Source: Callorhinchus milii (taxonomy: Eukaryota). Taken from it: DNA of 64,000 bases. The position numbers and the translations under genes are program-made. Within the stretch, counting starts at the first letter, position 1; each line of letters starts with the position of its first letter. The notes beneath the pieces are model-generated. The model had not been told where the DNA came from, made no database searches, and saw only the letters and a list, made by a program, of their open reading frames with translations. The stretch covers positions 119,848,001 to 119,912,000 of the forward strand of contig NW_024704742.1 in NCBI RefSeq assembly GCF_018977255.1, given 5' to 3'. Below, one piece after another: positions 24,513 through 37,119 of this stretch.

Positions 24513-25274
24513 CTGTATGTGGGAAAAAGAAACCACATTATGATTCTTAAAATATCTTAGCATTCTGTAGCAATAGGCACAAATTATCAGACAGAATTTA
24601 TGAGACTAAATGTACATGATGTATCATCAGCTTAATGCCAATTTCTATACTAAAGAATAGCAAAGCCGTCTTTTTAATTAAAACAGGCACTCAATGAGGT
24701 TTCTCTTTATACTACAGCCATATTATTCACCAATACATCAATCTTCTTGAACCATGTCGATGTTCTGAAATTAATTTTTGTTTTCAATTAAAATAACCAG
24801 CTTATTTAAAGCCTTTGTCTCTCGCAGGATCAGCAGAAAAGAAGTAAAATTCTCTTAAGTTAACAATCTTGCAAAACACTTGAGCAAAGACATCTACGCA
24901 TGGAACATTTGCTAATTTTAAATCTATATCATTGAATTTGGTCCCCAAAATAACATGCTAAAACTACATTCATTTTTTTAAATAAAAAATAATGGAATCA
25001 AACTTTCAGTCTTTTACTTAATGAGAATTCAATTCTGAGGGTTCCTTGTTTATAATGAAGCCCCTATTCTAAGAATATCTCCATCACCTTTCACTGAACA
25101 TGGTACAATATATCGTCATTTAATTCCAGGAAAAGGCTAATTGTGTCAAGTGAGATGATGGATTTATTTTTGCTGCTCGTCATGAAATGTTTTAAACTGG
25201 GCCTGGAAAACATCCAACTTGGAGCATGTGCAGAAAGCAAAGCTTTTGTTTCTTATGTTTCTCCACCTTGCTAA

Positions 25275-25630
25275 GCCAGTCCGGAAACTTGGTGTCTTGT
25301 TTGGTCCTCAACTACCCATCTGCCCACTCACTCTGCTCAGCGGGCTCTGGCCTGCTTCACATCCACATCCATTGGCGGGCGGGCTTTCTGCCACTCTGCC
25401 CCCACCCTCTAGAACTCCATCCCACAGTCCCTCTGCCTTGCCCCCTCCCTTGCCTCCTTCAAGATCTGTCTCAAGACCCTCCTCTTTGACTGTGCCTTTG
25501 GTCACCCCCCCTTCCCTCCTGTCCTCCCCAATCCCGACCCCCAGCTCAGGTCCAAAACACTGATTGTCCGGTGCCTTGAACATCCTCCCAACGTGAAAGG
25601 CTCTGTACACATGTAATATTGTTATTGTTG
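25275..25630 (+). mobile_element. L2 LINE 3' fragment
   Basis: Matches the 3' UTR of 47603-48882 (ccttcaagatctgtctcaagaccc...cgtgaaaggc). Confidence 0.8.
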
Positions 25631-27951
25631 TAATCATGTTATTAATTGGATCTTTAACAGTAACATAAAAAAACCTTGAAGTTTTAAAGGACTATTTTGA
25701 TTTCAGAGTTGAACCCAAATCAATTTTATATTGTTGTTGTGTGAATTGATGTGCTGCTCAAACACCTTTTCAAGCTGATCAACAGCCAAGGACATAACGT
25801 GACAGCCAGGATCCAGCGCAAATTGCTCTCATATGCGGATGCTCAAAAAAGAACAGGATAAACTGAACATCACAAAGTCATAGAAATAGTTAGACAAGCA
25901 CACTCAGGCTTTTACAAAGAAATACTGATATATTACCAGTAATGTTTGTGTACCTGTTTACTCGCTTACACCTAGATAAGCACAGCATTCAATTAGCCCT
26001 TTAAGTTTTCAACCTGTTAACCTCAGTTTAATGGGAAGAGATAATGAATTCTAACAATTTGCAAGCCTATAAGTGGGAAAACAAAGATGGGCAGCTGCTA
26101 CAGATGATGGCAATAAAATCAGTTCTGCACACAAGAAAACAAATTTATGTATTTTTAAACAATTTCCCACCTCGTGATAGCAAAACTGACACTGCTAACA
26201 AGTAACTACTTTTCAGAAAAAATGCCTTAGCTTTCAGAAAAAAAGTTTTCTTTGTGATTTGTTCCAAGACAATCTTCCTGATGCGAACTGTCACACACCT
26301 ACACTTGTGGATAAGATCGAAGATTTTGTTTACAATGAAGGAAGTGATATCTGATGGAGAATCTTGGTTGTACTAAATGCAAGGATTATTAATATTTTTG
26401 TATTGGAGTGAAAATTACTACTCCCAAGTAATGCAGCATCTCCAATTCTCTGATGTTAAATGTGCATCTCCTTATTGAAGGTACACTTTCCAAATTTTCT
26501 TTTCTGTTTCATGAATAACAACAGGTAAAATTGTCTGCATTTACACAAAATAATCTTAAATAACATTTGCAGATGTGCCAGTTTTTCCAACATGTCTGCT
26601 CTACACAAAATATTCTGTTGTAAACTCTACTCTACTTAGCCAATTTGCACAAACGATTAGAAAAAAAAGCTAACTGCAACATAGGGGAACATTTCCAAAC
26701 AGGACTACATTCAAACGCTTCTCATGGGAAATTAAAATCCTTCATCTGATTAATAGCTAAACAAAATAGTTTGGAACAGGTCTTAAAGCTACACTTTTTA
26801 AAAACACTGTTTAGAAATATATTGCATCTCCCAATAACAACCCTATCATGGAGGCTGAAGCATGGCCATCTTATACTGGTGACGCGGGAGTTCTGTGTCA
26901 AAGAGGAGAAACCAATAATAATATTAAACCTTGCATTTGATTTAGCACTTTATCACGTCTTCGAGATGTCTCAAAGCGTTTCACAGAATATATCGTAAAG
27001 TGTAGTGACTATATTTTGTGGGCGAAAAGCGGCAGCCAACTGCACACAGCAGATGCATCAGTTTCAGCATAACATTTCCTGTACATTGTAATTTTCGCAG
27101 GAGTAAATGTATTCGAATAAAGCATTGTTAAGTGTTCGAGCCTCTCTGTGCATTTAATGGATAACTTTTGTAGTGTCTGATTGTATAGTTAGAACAAATG
27201 TTTTGGTTGCAATAAATGTAGAATTGCTTGACTTGTATTCATATTTTTTTAATTCGACACACAATTCTACCTTGTGTTTTTAAAAATTATCTTTAGCAAT
27301 TTTTTTGACTACAAAATGGCTGATTTTTAGGTCATAAGGGCATTACTTCCCACGCACAGCACCCTGAACATCACTTTTTCCACAGGCAGCACCTCAAAAT
27401 AAGTAATACAAGATACTAGAAATAGTAAAGAAAGAAGAAATTTAATGATTGGGGAACTAATCTTTCTCCATTTGGAAAAACTGCAAATCAAAAATACCAA
27501 CAAATACCAATCTTTTCGCCGATTAAATTAAGAAACCGACAAGCCTAATTATACATGATGAGGATGGAATCTTAAGTACGTTTGTCTGCTAGTCACACTG
27601 TAACAAACCCCACAGGTCTACTCAGACCTCCACAAACCTCTGCACATGTGGGTTAAGCGTGTTGATCTAACACAACAACAAATTTATATTTATAGAGCGC
27701 CTTTCACATTGGGAGGACATCCCAAAGTCCTGAACAAGTCCAATTGAGATTCAGTGACAAAACTGACTTGCACATGCATAGCCACCTGTATATTCAGTGT
27801 AAAGAAAGCCGTCTCTTACTGATGTGAAGCAAATTCCTGAGACAAGTACCTCTCATAGTTTTGCCAACTTTTATAGTAGATTTATTCCTATTGCCATTGA
27901 TGGTTTCAAGGAGCCACTAGGAGGCAAATGAGCTCAGTGGACATCCACTAG

Positions 27952-28250
27952 GAGTTAGAGCACTCGCTTTGCAAGCGAGAGACCCGAGTTCAATTCCAGG
28001 CAGGGCGAAACCTTGGGCAAGTTTCCTTACTCCACACGCCTAATAATAATCCCGCCAAAAAAAAATAATAAATTGATCATTTTCAATCTACGACTGTTTA
28101 TGGGACACTGCTGAGCGCAATTGGCTGCCGCGTTCGCCCACAAATATACAATCAATTCACTTTACAGTATATTCTGTGAAGCGCTTTGAGACGTCTAGAA
28201 GACGTGAAAAGCGCTATATCAAATGCAAGGATTATTAATATTATTATTAT
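27952..28250 (+). mobile_element. tRNA(Ala)-like SINE, short subfamily, nearly full length
   Basis: Head gttagagcactcgctttgcaagcgagagacccgagttcaattcc (B box), L2-like tail and (att)n end. Confidence 0.9.
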
Positions 28251-28517
28251 AAATGAGAGCACCTTGGTGACAAGTCCTTTCCAATTTTAACTTGCCTAGG
28301 GAGGCATCTGGCTCAGATGGAGAACTCAGTAGAGTGGGAACAACAGCTGCATTCCTCCACTTTTTGGGGACTTATATGATCAATACTTTTTACATCAATG
28401 AAAATACTGTGTGAAATCGAAAGCTTTCCTCCTATTGGGAGACTGAAAATACAGCTAACTTCTAGGGGATATTTACTCCTTTACTTTGAGACAAGTGCTA
28501 ATTTGCACTTCATTAAA

Positions 28518-28749
28518 GCTGCAGTCATTATATTTCATACTCCCATCTACACTGGAGTGTCGACAGCTTCCATTAGTGTTAAACATCTTCTGGATATCCA
28601 GTTGAAGTTAGCTTTTAGTGCTATTGAATTAATGCTGCAGTGATTATAGTTCATACTCCCATCCATAATACAGCATCGAAGGCTTACATTAGAGCTGCAC
28701 ATCTTCTGGATATCCAGTTGAATTTAAGTTTTAGTGCCACTGAATTGAC
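28518..28749. repeat. two-unit tandem duplication, period 116 bp
   Basis: gctgcagt.attata.ttcatactcccatc...acatcttctggatatccagttgaa starts at 28518 and again at 28634. Confidence 0.85.
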
Positions 28750-28771
28750 CATCTGCTGTAAAATAACTCAC

Positions 28772-28893
28772 CCGTGGCGGTACCTCTCGTTCATCCTTAT
28801 CCTCATCACATTCAAAAGCCACTTGAGCTCTTTGCTTTCTCTGTTCCTCCCACAGAGAAGGATTGAAGCTTTCACTATCAGAGATAAACACTA
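28772..28893 (-). CDS. ERBIN: ERBIN exon [40 protein letters not shown]
   Basis: ggcag|TAG tandem acceptor and gtgagt donor; 122 nt, phase 1-0. Confidence 0.96.
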
Positions 28894-29814
28894 CTGCCAG
28901 AAAAGCAAACAAATCACAAATGTTAGTCAGAATGTGCCCCAGAGACTATATACACAGCAAACAATAATAACGATAATCCTTGCATTCGACATAGCACCTA
29001 TAAAATCAAGAACATACATCATTTAATTTCTATATTGTGACTTAATTTAGAAGATGTTGAGTTGCACAAGCATGAATGAGATGTTGACGGTGAAAAAATC
29101 TGAAAATGTAATCCAATTAACTATAAGATTAAGTTTAAAGGGTCTAGAATTTTTATTGATTATTTTTGTTGGAAAAAAAATGAAGCTATTTTAAATATTT
29201 TTTGTTCAATACATTCACCCATTTTCTTCGAATTCTCTCTAGTCTTGTAAAGCAGTTTTAACTTGTTTTCCTACTATTTTTTCTACAACTATTGCGTCAG
29301 CTGGGCTTCGTCAATAGTACTCTTGCCTCAATCACAAGGTTTTGCATTCAAGCCCCACCTTGGTGACTTTGAACTCATAATCTAGAGTAGCACTTCAATG
29401 TATTGCATCATTGCAGATGCTGGCCTTTGGATGAGATGTTAAACCAAGGACGTCTGCCTGATACACCCTACTTCACTCAATACTGCTGAGACAATATTAG
29501 TGAAGCAATTATAACCCTATCTGAAATGAGCAAGCAGCAGAAACTGGGTTTTGAACCAGTAATTCTGCAGTCTGAATGGCTCACTGCTGCATTGCAGTAT
29601 GTCTTTACCCACTGGGCCTTCAGGGTCTTAAGACTTAATGATAATTTAATTAAAATCTAGAAGAATCCAGCAAACAAAATCCACTTTATCTGCACTAAAC
29701 ACACGCACATCACAAAGTATTCAAATTGGATGTTTCATTGCCATTTTGTTCATTCAGTTACTTTGCATTTAGATGTACTGAAGTCATGAAATACTAAAAA
29801 CTAAACAGGTTTCT

Positions 29815-30440
29815 TATAAATAATCTTTGTATTTGAAACAGCACCTGATCACATCATCAAGGTGTCTGAAAGAGCTTCACAGGATACACTGTACAGTGGT
29901 CTTCTGTTTATTTTGTGGGCAATTGCAGTAGCCAATATGTTACGGAGTTAATGACCAGTTTTATTTGGGGGATTGTTGCCCAGGACAATGGGAGAAACTC
30001 TCTTCTCTTTTTGAATATGCCATGAGATCTGTAACATCCAGCTGTACAGGCAGGTAGGAACTCATAACATATCATCTGAATGGCCAACAATGTAATATAG
30101 CCCCAGCACTGCAATGGAGTGTCTGCTTGGACTATATTGGCGCCCCACCATAGGTGGTTGGGCCTTCAGCCTTTTTGCCCCCACCCTATGGAACTCCATC
30201 CCTCCCTCGCCTTCTTCAAGGGATGTCTCAAAATCCTCCTCTTTGACTGAGCCTTCGGCCATCCTCCTACCCCTCACGATCCCCAGCTCAGTTCCAAATC
30301 CGTGACTGTCAAGCACCTTGGGACATTCTCCCGATGTGAAAGGCCCTAGACAAATGTAATTTTGTATTTGTATATGTGTTCAAAGTGCCAACATGGGGAT
30401 TGAACTCATAATCTTATGACAACAGAGGCAAGTGTGTCAA
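29815..30440 (-). mobile_element. DeuSINE-like element interrupted by a plus-strand L2 3' fragment (about 30138-30372)
   Basis: Collinear with 41632-42041 on both sides of the L2 insert. Confidence 0.7.
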
Positions 30441-31185
30441 GATATCATATCAAAGGATTGTGACCTCAAACACTGATATTTCTATTATAGATCTGATTTT
30501 TTTAAATAATTAAAATGAATAGAAATTTCTTTTTTATTGTACATTTGACAGAATGAGATATGAGACGTAGGCAAAAATGGGGCAATATTAACAGTGTTCA
30601 TAGGCACTAAGAAGTGGGAAACAGCAGCATTTGAATCCACTCTCTGTTGACTTTGGATCCTACAAGAGAGGTACGTGATTAGGCAGGAGGTTTAGTTCAA
30701 TTATCTTTGAAGAACCATGAAGTATGTGTGTGACCGTTTACTCCCAGTAGATAAGAGCAGGTTTTGGAAGTCAATGAGAATAGACTTTTGCATCTGTGGA
30801 ATGTGCACATTCAATGGGATTAGTTCTTTTTTTTCCCCATTCAGATTTCTTATTTTAATGAACTTTAGGTTGTGTCAATTCAGTCCCTGGTTCAAGGGTA
30901 TTTATCTACAAGAAAAAGGTCTAATTTGATGCAATTTAACAACTAAATTGGAAGCAAGGATGGCTGGGAAACTGAAAAGTCACGCTTGTTCAGTCAGGGG
31001 TGCTCCTTTGAGACTGGGATGAGAATCTGACAAGGGCACTCCAGTCTCTGTATAATTTATCCAGGAAAGTTACGACATCATTTGAACCACTCAGTGAAAT
31101 TAATTTTATAATCTCTCCAGAGTATCCTTTCTTTCCACGTAACCTGTACTTAGAAGCAATATTTCAATATTTTACCCAAACATAC

Positions 31186-31285
31186 CCTCCTCTGTCCTGG
31201 GTTGCTGAGGGAACATGTAGTTTGTGAGCACTTGTTTCTGTGTATCTGAATCCACCTCTTTCTGCAGGGGTATAAGAGGCTTGGA
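31186..31285 (-). CDS. ERBIN: ERBIN exon [33 protein letters not shown] (LAPSDa)
   Basis: cacag|...|gtatgt; 100 nt, phase 0-1. Confidence 0.97.
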
Positions 31286-32397
31286 CTGTGAAAACATAAG
31301 GTAAAAAACACTTTTCAACTTGTATCCAATTTGTTCGGCCTCTATCCCACCTCTCATCAAGCAGAAAGTTAGTTTGACGTATAGCTCCCAAGGGTGACAG
31401 TCCACCAGCACCTCAAATAAAAACTCATTCATGGCCCCCAGTGCAGAAACATCAAGCTTCATCAGTGTCCTCACATGGATTTCCAGCAGAGATCACTGGA
31501 TAGGAAATCATGAAGGGAGAAGATGGACAATGTTTTCCTCCTTAGCTCAGGGATCCCAATATAAATTCTGGTTCTCCTTAGCTCTGCCAGCACACTGGCT
31601 CAGTCAGTTTGGCACAGACGAAACGTGCAAGTGGGGCAGTCCTCGTCTATCAGGCTCAATGCCACAGCACAGCATACATTCACTCACTGAAGCATCTGGC
31701 ATTCAACATTAAATTAATTCTCGTATAAAAGAAAATATTTGGCCATTTTACTGGTTGCGAAACCAGAAATGCCTAATGGTGACCACTGATATAAAGAGAC
31801 ATATAATGGCCAATGTGTAATTTGTTTGTGGTAAGTTATAAGTTAATTACTGTAAAATGTCAACAGTCATAGAAATCATAATTAAAATCAGGACAAAACT
31901 AACCATGTTTACTGTAATTTCCATGATCTTTTAAAGGATATCCAATTACAAAAAAAACCTTTGAAGATATATCTTGCCAAATAATGATGTGAATTATTGT
32001 AAAACGTATTGGTTACAGCAAGTGAAAGTCCCAATTTGTGGTTAAGAATTACACTAGAAGTTCTTAGCTTAATAGTGGAGAAATTATGGTTTTGAATAAT
32101 TGTGAAATTAATTCTCAGAAAAAGCAGTATTGCATAGTGTGCAAAACAAAAATGCTATTTGTCAATATTCTGAAATTTAAAACAACGCCTGTGGCACAAC
32201 TTGCTACAAAGCCAAAGATATGCTGGCACACGGAAATTTGTACAGAGAATGGTGAGAAATAGGTCAAATCTATTTTGATGCAAATACCCACTGACCCATC
32301 GTTCTCTGACAACTTTCTGAAAATATGTTTAACGTAGCTCCAATTTCCCACAGACGTCTATTATAACCTCTATTTCACAACTAACTGTATAACTGAC

Positions 32398-32467
32398 CTG
32401 GTTTTCAGACAGCCACATTGCTGTTAACTCCTGTAGTTTAGTGAAACTAAATGGCAGATTCTTCAGT
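32398..32467 (-). CDS. ERBIN: ERBIN LRR exon (R)[23 protein letters not shown]
   Basis: ttttag|...|gtcagt; 70 nt, phase 2-0. Confidence 0.96.
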
Positions 32468-34042
32468 CTAAAAAAGGAAGCAGAATTATGCATACCAGTT
32501 AATATGAGAATCTTACTTTAATTGATGAGCTAAATGATCAACTGAATTGGTGCTCAAGCTAATAGCACCCTGAAATATGCCAAAGTAAGCATTCATTAAA
32601 TTAGTTCACACTATTCAGACAAGATTATCGAGCAATAAAGTAATGCTGCATAAACATGGATGAAGAGATTTAACTATTGTATACTCCAGTTTGGATTTTT
32701 TTTTAAAAATTATAAAAAGCAATAATGCAACATATAGAGCTGGATCACAATTAAGAACTTTTAAAAATAATCAAATCGGTGCCCTATAGTGGCATAATTT
32801 TATTATGACAGTATATGTAACATGATCCAAATCGCAAGAAATCTGTTTTTAATTTTCTTGATCTAACCCACTTGGTAACCTAACCACTGGATTGAGGATG
32901 TAGATGTTTGAAGACAGAATGTAATTTGAAGGAAGTTTCTATCATCTAACACTTTCATGTACTTGTGAAAACGATTGGAGATTTTACTTTTGAATTAAGT
33001 AGTTTAATCTTTCCATGTTCCGTAGAATGATACTACTTTGCCGGTTAGGTATTTGGGTGGAAAGGAGGCACCTAATCAAGTATTCCTCATTTTGGACTTA
33101 AAAAAAACACTAGTGGGAATGTGGTCAACATTTGGACAGTTCAAATGTTTCCTCTTGCCAAATTAGCATTAAACATAAGTATGTGCCATGAGATTTTTAA
33201 TGTCCACCTGAACCGGCAGATGTCTCATCCGAAGGATAACACCAACAATGCAGTTTATCCCAAGCAATGCACTGGAGTTCAGCCTAGACTATTTGGGTTC
33301 CAAGTCTCAACGTGGGCTTGAACCCACAAACTTCTATCAGACTGCTATCAATTGAGCCACTTGAAATATTCCAAATTCATTGCAAATAATTTAATTCCTT
33401 CTTTCTCGTATAATTTAAACACATTTGCATTATTTGCTCCTCAAAAAGTAGAATAATACATACATATCTAGGTATTTAAACTTATCACTGTTGTGCATGT
33501 TTTCTAAAAGATATTTCAACTGTATTTTATTTTACTTCTTTGACATAGAAAAGCGTGTAAATTGAAATCTATTAGTCCAAGGAGAAACAGTAGAACAAAT
33601 GGATAACGTTACAGTAACTTGGTTATGTAATGCAAATCTGAATGTATCCCACATGTAAATAGTAAAGCTACTATTTACAATGCAAATTACATTTGTATAG
33701 TGCCTTTCAAGTCGGGAGGATGTCCCAAGGTGCTGGACAGTCCAAGATCTACAACTTAACCATAAATTAGAGCATATGGCTCATGGTTATTATTCTATTG
33801 TACAGTAAATTCCAGACCTAAGATCAATTTAAGTCTGTTCTCAGAAATTGGAATTTGTTCAAACACAGTTGAGCCTGAAGAAGCAAATTCCACAGATATA
33901 AAAAACACAAAAAATCCCCAGGTGAATCACATAATGCAGTGTTACAATTTTACGTTAAACGATAGTTAAAAGCATCAAGACAGTAACATCCATGTATCCA
34001 GAAAACTTCCAGAAAATTATTATTTAGTCCTGAAATACCAAC

Positions 34043-34158
34043 CGGTTGTCACTGAGATTAATGACTTTCAGCCTCTGCATCTGGCCCATTTCCTCAGGCA
34101 AATATTCCAATTTGTTGGAATGAAGGAATAGAACAGTCACATTCTTCCAATTACCAAT
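34043..34158 (-). CDS. ERBIN: ERBIN LRR exon [38 protein letters not shown](R)
   Basis: ttcag|...|gttggt; 116 nt, phase 0-2. Confidence 0.96.
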
Positions 34159-35569
34159 CTGAAATAAATCAAATTCTTACAATTTGTAGCTACATTTTCT
34201 CTTGTAGAATATATCTTGGAGTACATATTGGTAAACAGTATGAAACTAAACTGCTAATGATAAGGGAACAAGATTCAAGTAAATAATAATAAATCTTTCT
34301 ATTTGATTTAGTGCCTTACCACATAGTTGAAATGTCTCAAAGCGCTTCGCAGAATATACTGTAAAATTAATTGGCTGTATATTTTGTGGGCGAAATGTGG
34401 CAGCCAATTGTGTGCAGCAGTGTCCACAAACAGTTGTGGACTGAGTGACCAAATTATTAAATGGTCGAAGGAGGTAAAAAAAATTAAAACTCATGTGCCT
34501 GGTGCACTGAGCACTGCAGAGGCGGCAGGAAGGTTAAATAATAATAAAAGGTTTAACATCACTGAGCACAAGATATGGACAATGTCTTTTGAGTAAAAGA
34601 TGGTGGAAAGTAACCGTTTAAACAAAATTGAGTAACAACCTAAATATTCTAGGTCACTAAGCAAATCGTTTACTTAAAAAAAACTGTCTTTATATAGAGC
34701 CATGGACTTAAAAGTTGTAGTTTAACTCTGTAATACAGTGGTGTAATCCTTTGCTTTGGCCCAAAGATGGCACTGTGAATTTTAGCCATTGATGGTTAAC
34801 AGGATTTTTAAGCTAACAACTCATATCCGGAAAGAGGGGAGATGCAACTCACGTGACCATTTGAGAGACATTAAAAATTCTTTCATAAAATATTTCCATT
34901 TGATATAAATTCATATCAATACATCTCAAAGCACTTTACACTGAGTTGCTGTGAAATGCAGTGACCATTATACAGGCAAACACTGTAGCTAACCTGTGTA
35001 AACATTGACCATTAATCTTTCTTTGGTGAATTTAAATGAGGAGTAATGTTGACCAGGAAATAGTAACAACCAACTCTGTGCTCTTTTTGGAAATAACCCT
35101 ATGGAGTATTTTACACCCATTTTAAATCACTAGAACCAAATAGCATACTGCAGGGTTGCTCTCCACCTCCCAATAATGCACATTCAGACTTTCGTTAAAA
35201 CCAGATCAAAATTAAATTGCAATATTGCTATCGTTACGTTCAGTAGTATTAACAGACCACTCAGTGCATAATGTATTCATTCACATTTTACCCATTTTTA
35301 CTCTTGAAATCTGTCTGTCAGCCCGTCTCTTCACCCACTCACTGATTATCACACTTGGAAATTACTATGAAACTTGTACAATATGTTGAAATATGACAAC
35401 AAAAGGTTCAAAATTCTACCTGCTTAGTGCTAAGAAAACAGAGGCGGCATGACTGTTTTAGGTTTGGGAAAAATAATTATTGAAATGGAAAGGTATTATG
35501 ATGTCAATAAGCTTTGTTTGATCTGGCAGAGATTGAAGAAAGTAATATCAGGATATGAAAGTTGTACAC

Positions 35570-35740
35570 AATATTTAAGGGAAAGCTAGATAGGTACATG
35601 AGGGAGAAAGGAATAGAAGGTTATGCTTGAAGGCTTAGTTGAGGAAGGGCAGGAGGAGACTCATGTGGAGCATAAGCACCGGCATAGATCAGTTGGGCCA
35701 AATGGCCTGTTTCTGTGCTGTATATTCTAATGTATTCTAG
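35570..35740 (+). mobile_element. CR1-type LINE 3' end
   Basis: gggagaaaggaatagaagg...ggcc.aatggcctgtttctgtgctgta; similar copy at about 15830-15970. Confidence 0.75.
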
Positions 35741-35750
35741 ATTATTATCT

Positions 35751-36000
35751 TAGAAATATACAGCACAGAAAGAGGCCATTCGGCCGTCGTGTCTATGCCG
35801 GCTCTTTGAAAAGAGCTATCCAATTCAATCCCACTCCCCCACTCTCCTCCCATAGCCCTGCAAACTTGTCCTCCCCAAATAATTATCTACTTCTCTCTTA
35901 AATATTGTTATCGAACCAGCTTCCACCACCCTTTCAGGCAATGCATTCCAGATCTGAACAACTCGCTGTGTCTCCTCATCGCCCATCTCTTTCTTTTAAT
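35751..36000 (-). mobile_element. CR1-type LINE 3' end, tail-to-tail with the preceding copy
   Basis: Reverse complement ends ggccgaatggcctctttctgtgctgtatatttcta; upstream ctggaatgcattgcctgaaagggtggtggaagc is typical CR1 sequence. Confidence 0.8.
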
Positions 36001-36751
36001 AATTATTTTAAATAAATATATATCGTGGAAAGCAGTCTACCAATCGACTAACAACTGGTTGAAGTATGATGTTTGGGGCAAATTACAAACTATGCACAAA
36101 GAATCTCCTATCTTGAATTTGAGATTTGTGAATGTTTCCAGTGACTAAAGATGGAATGAAGTGGCAATTGATGCTTCTTTGCAAAGCCTAGTTTGTCAAA
36201 TCTAGTTTAATCACTCACATTAAGTACATTGTTGAATGCAATAAAAAGTATATATTGTAATCATACATCATTAATCACCACCCATTTCCCACAGAATAAT
36301 GTTTGCCAGTTTATTAAGGATTCAGTACAGTATTTTCAAATTTACTAAGACTATAGGGACATTTCAAAATCATAAACTGACCAATAAATCAAAGCTTCTG
36401 CATTAAAAGGAAATCTGAAGGCTGAAATTATTCATTACTGTGGCCTTAAGACTACTTAGTTAACATAAAATGCAGAATTTAGGGAAACTGGTAAAAGTCA
36501 GTCCATAATTTTGAAACAGGTTTTCTCCAGCTACTAAATAATAAAAATGTTTCCAAAATTCTGCACAATTTTAAGTCAAAGGTTTTCAAGTCTAAGCCAA
36601 TGAGAAATTTGGTGTCCCTTATTTCTATTGCTGAATTAACATTCATAAAATACTTTCTGAAGAATTTGAAGAAATATCTAAAATGATACAGAAATAAGTT
36701 ACAAGGCTCACTCATCAAACTAAAGTTAAAGTGAATAATAATTCAAGTTAC

Positions 36752-36881
36752 CTCTGGAGGAAGTTCTGTTATGAAATTGTGATCTGCTGCAAATGTTCTC
36801 TGATTATGTATCTGTCCAATCGTAGATGGCAAGGTTTCAATCTCATTGAAGCTGCAATCAAATTCTTCCAAAGATGAAAGC
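36752..36881 (-). CDS. ERBIN: ERBIN LRR exon [43 protein letters not shown]
   Basis: tgcag|...|gtaact; 130 nt, phase 2-0. Confidence 0.96.
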
Positions 36882-37046
36882 CTGCACAAATAGAAGCAGC
36901 CTTTTAATGCCATAGACTCCAGAATGTTTTTTTGCAATACTTTTTAAAATAGGCCAAACAACAGAAATCTAAACAGGATTTCATAGCAAGTTAAAGAGAT
37001 AGCAAAGCATACAAACTAAGTATAATATGAAATGTGAAATACCTAC

Positions 37047-37119
37047 CCTCCTACTGAATCTGGCAAATTTATCAGCTGGTTTTCATCCACCTTGAGTGCA
37101 GTTAATTTCTTAAGAGAAC
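37047..37119 (-). CDS. ERBIN: ERBIN LRR exon (G)SLKKLTALKVDENQLINLPDSVG(G)
   Basis: catag|...|gtaggt; 73 nt, phase 1-2. Confidence 0.96.

Noticed and set aside
28398..29026. Plus-strand ORFs with repeated HLLDIQL peptide
   Set aside because: A by-product of the 116-bp DNA duplication, antisense to ERBIN, with no coding evidence.
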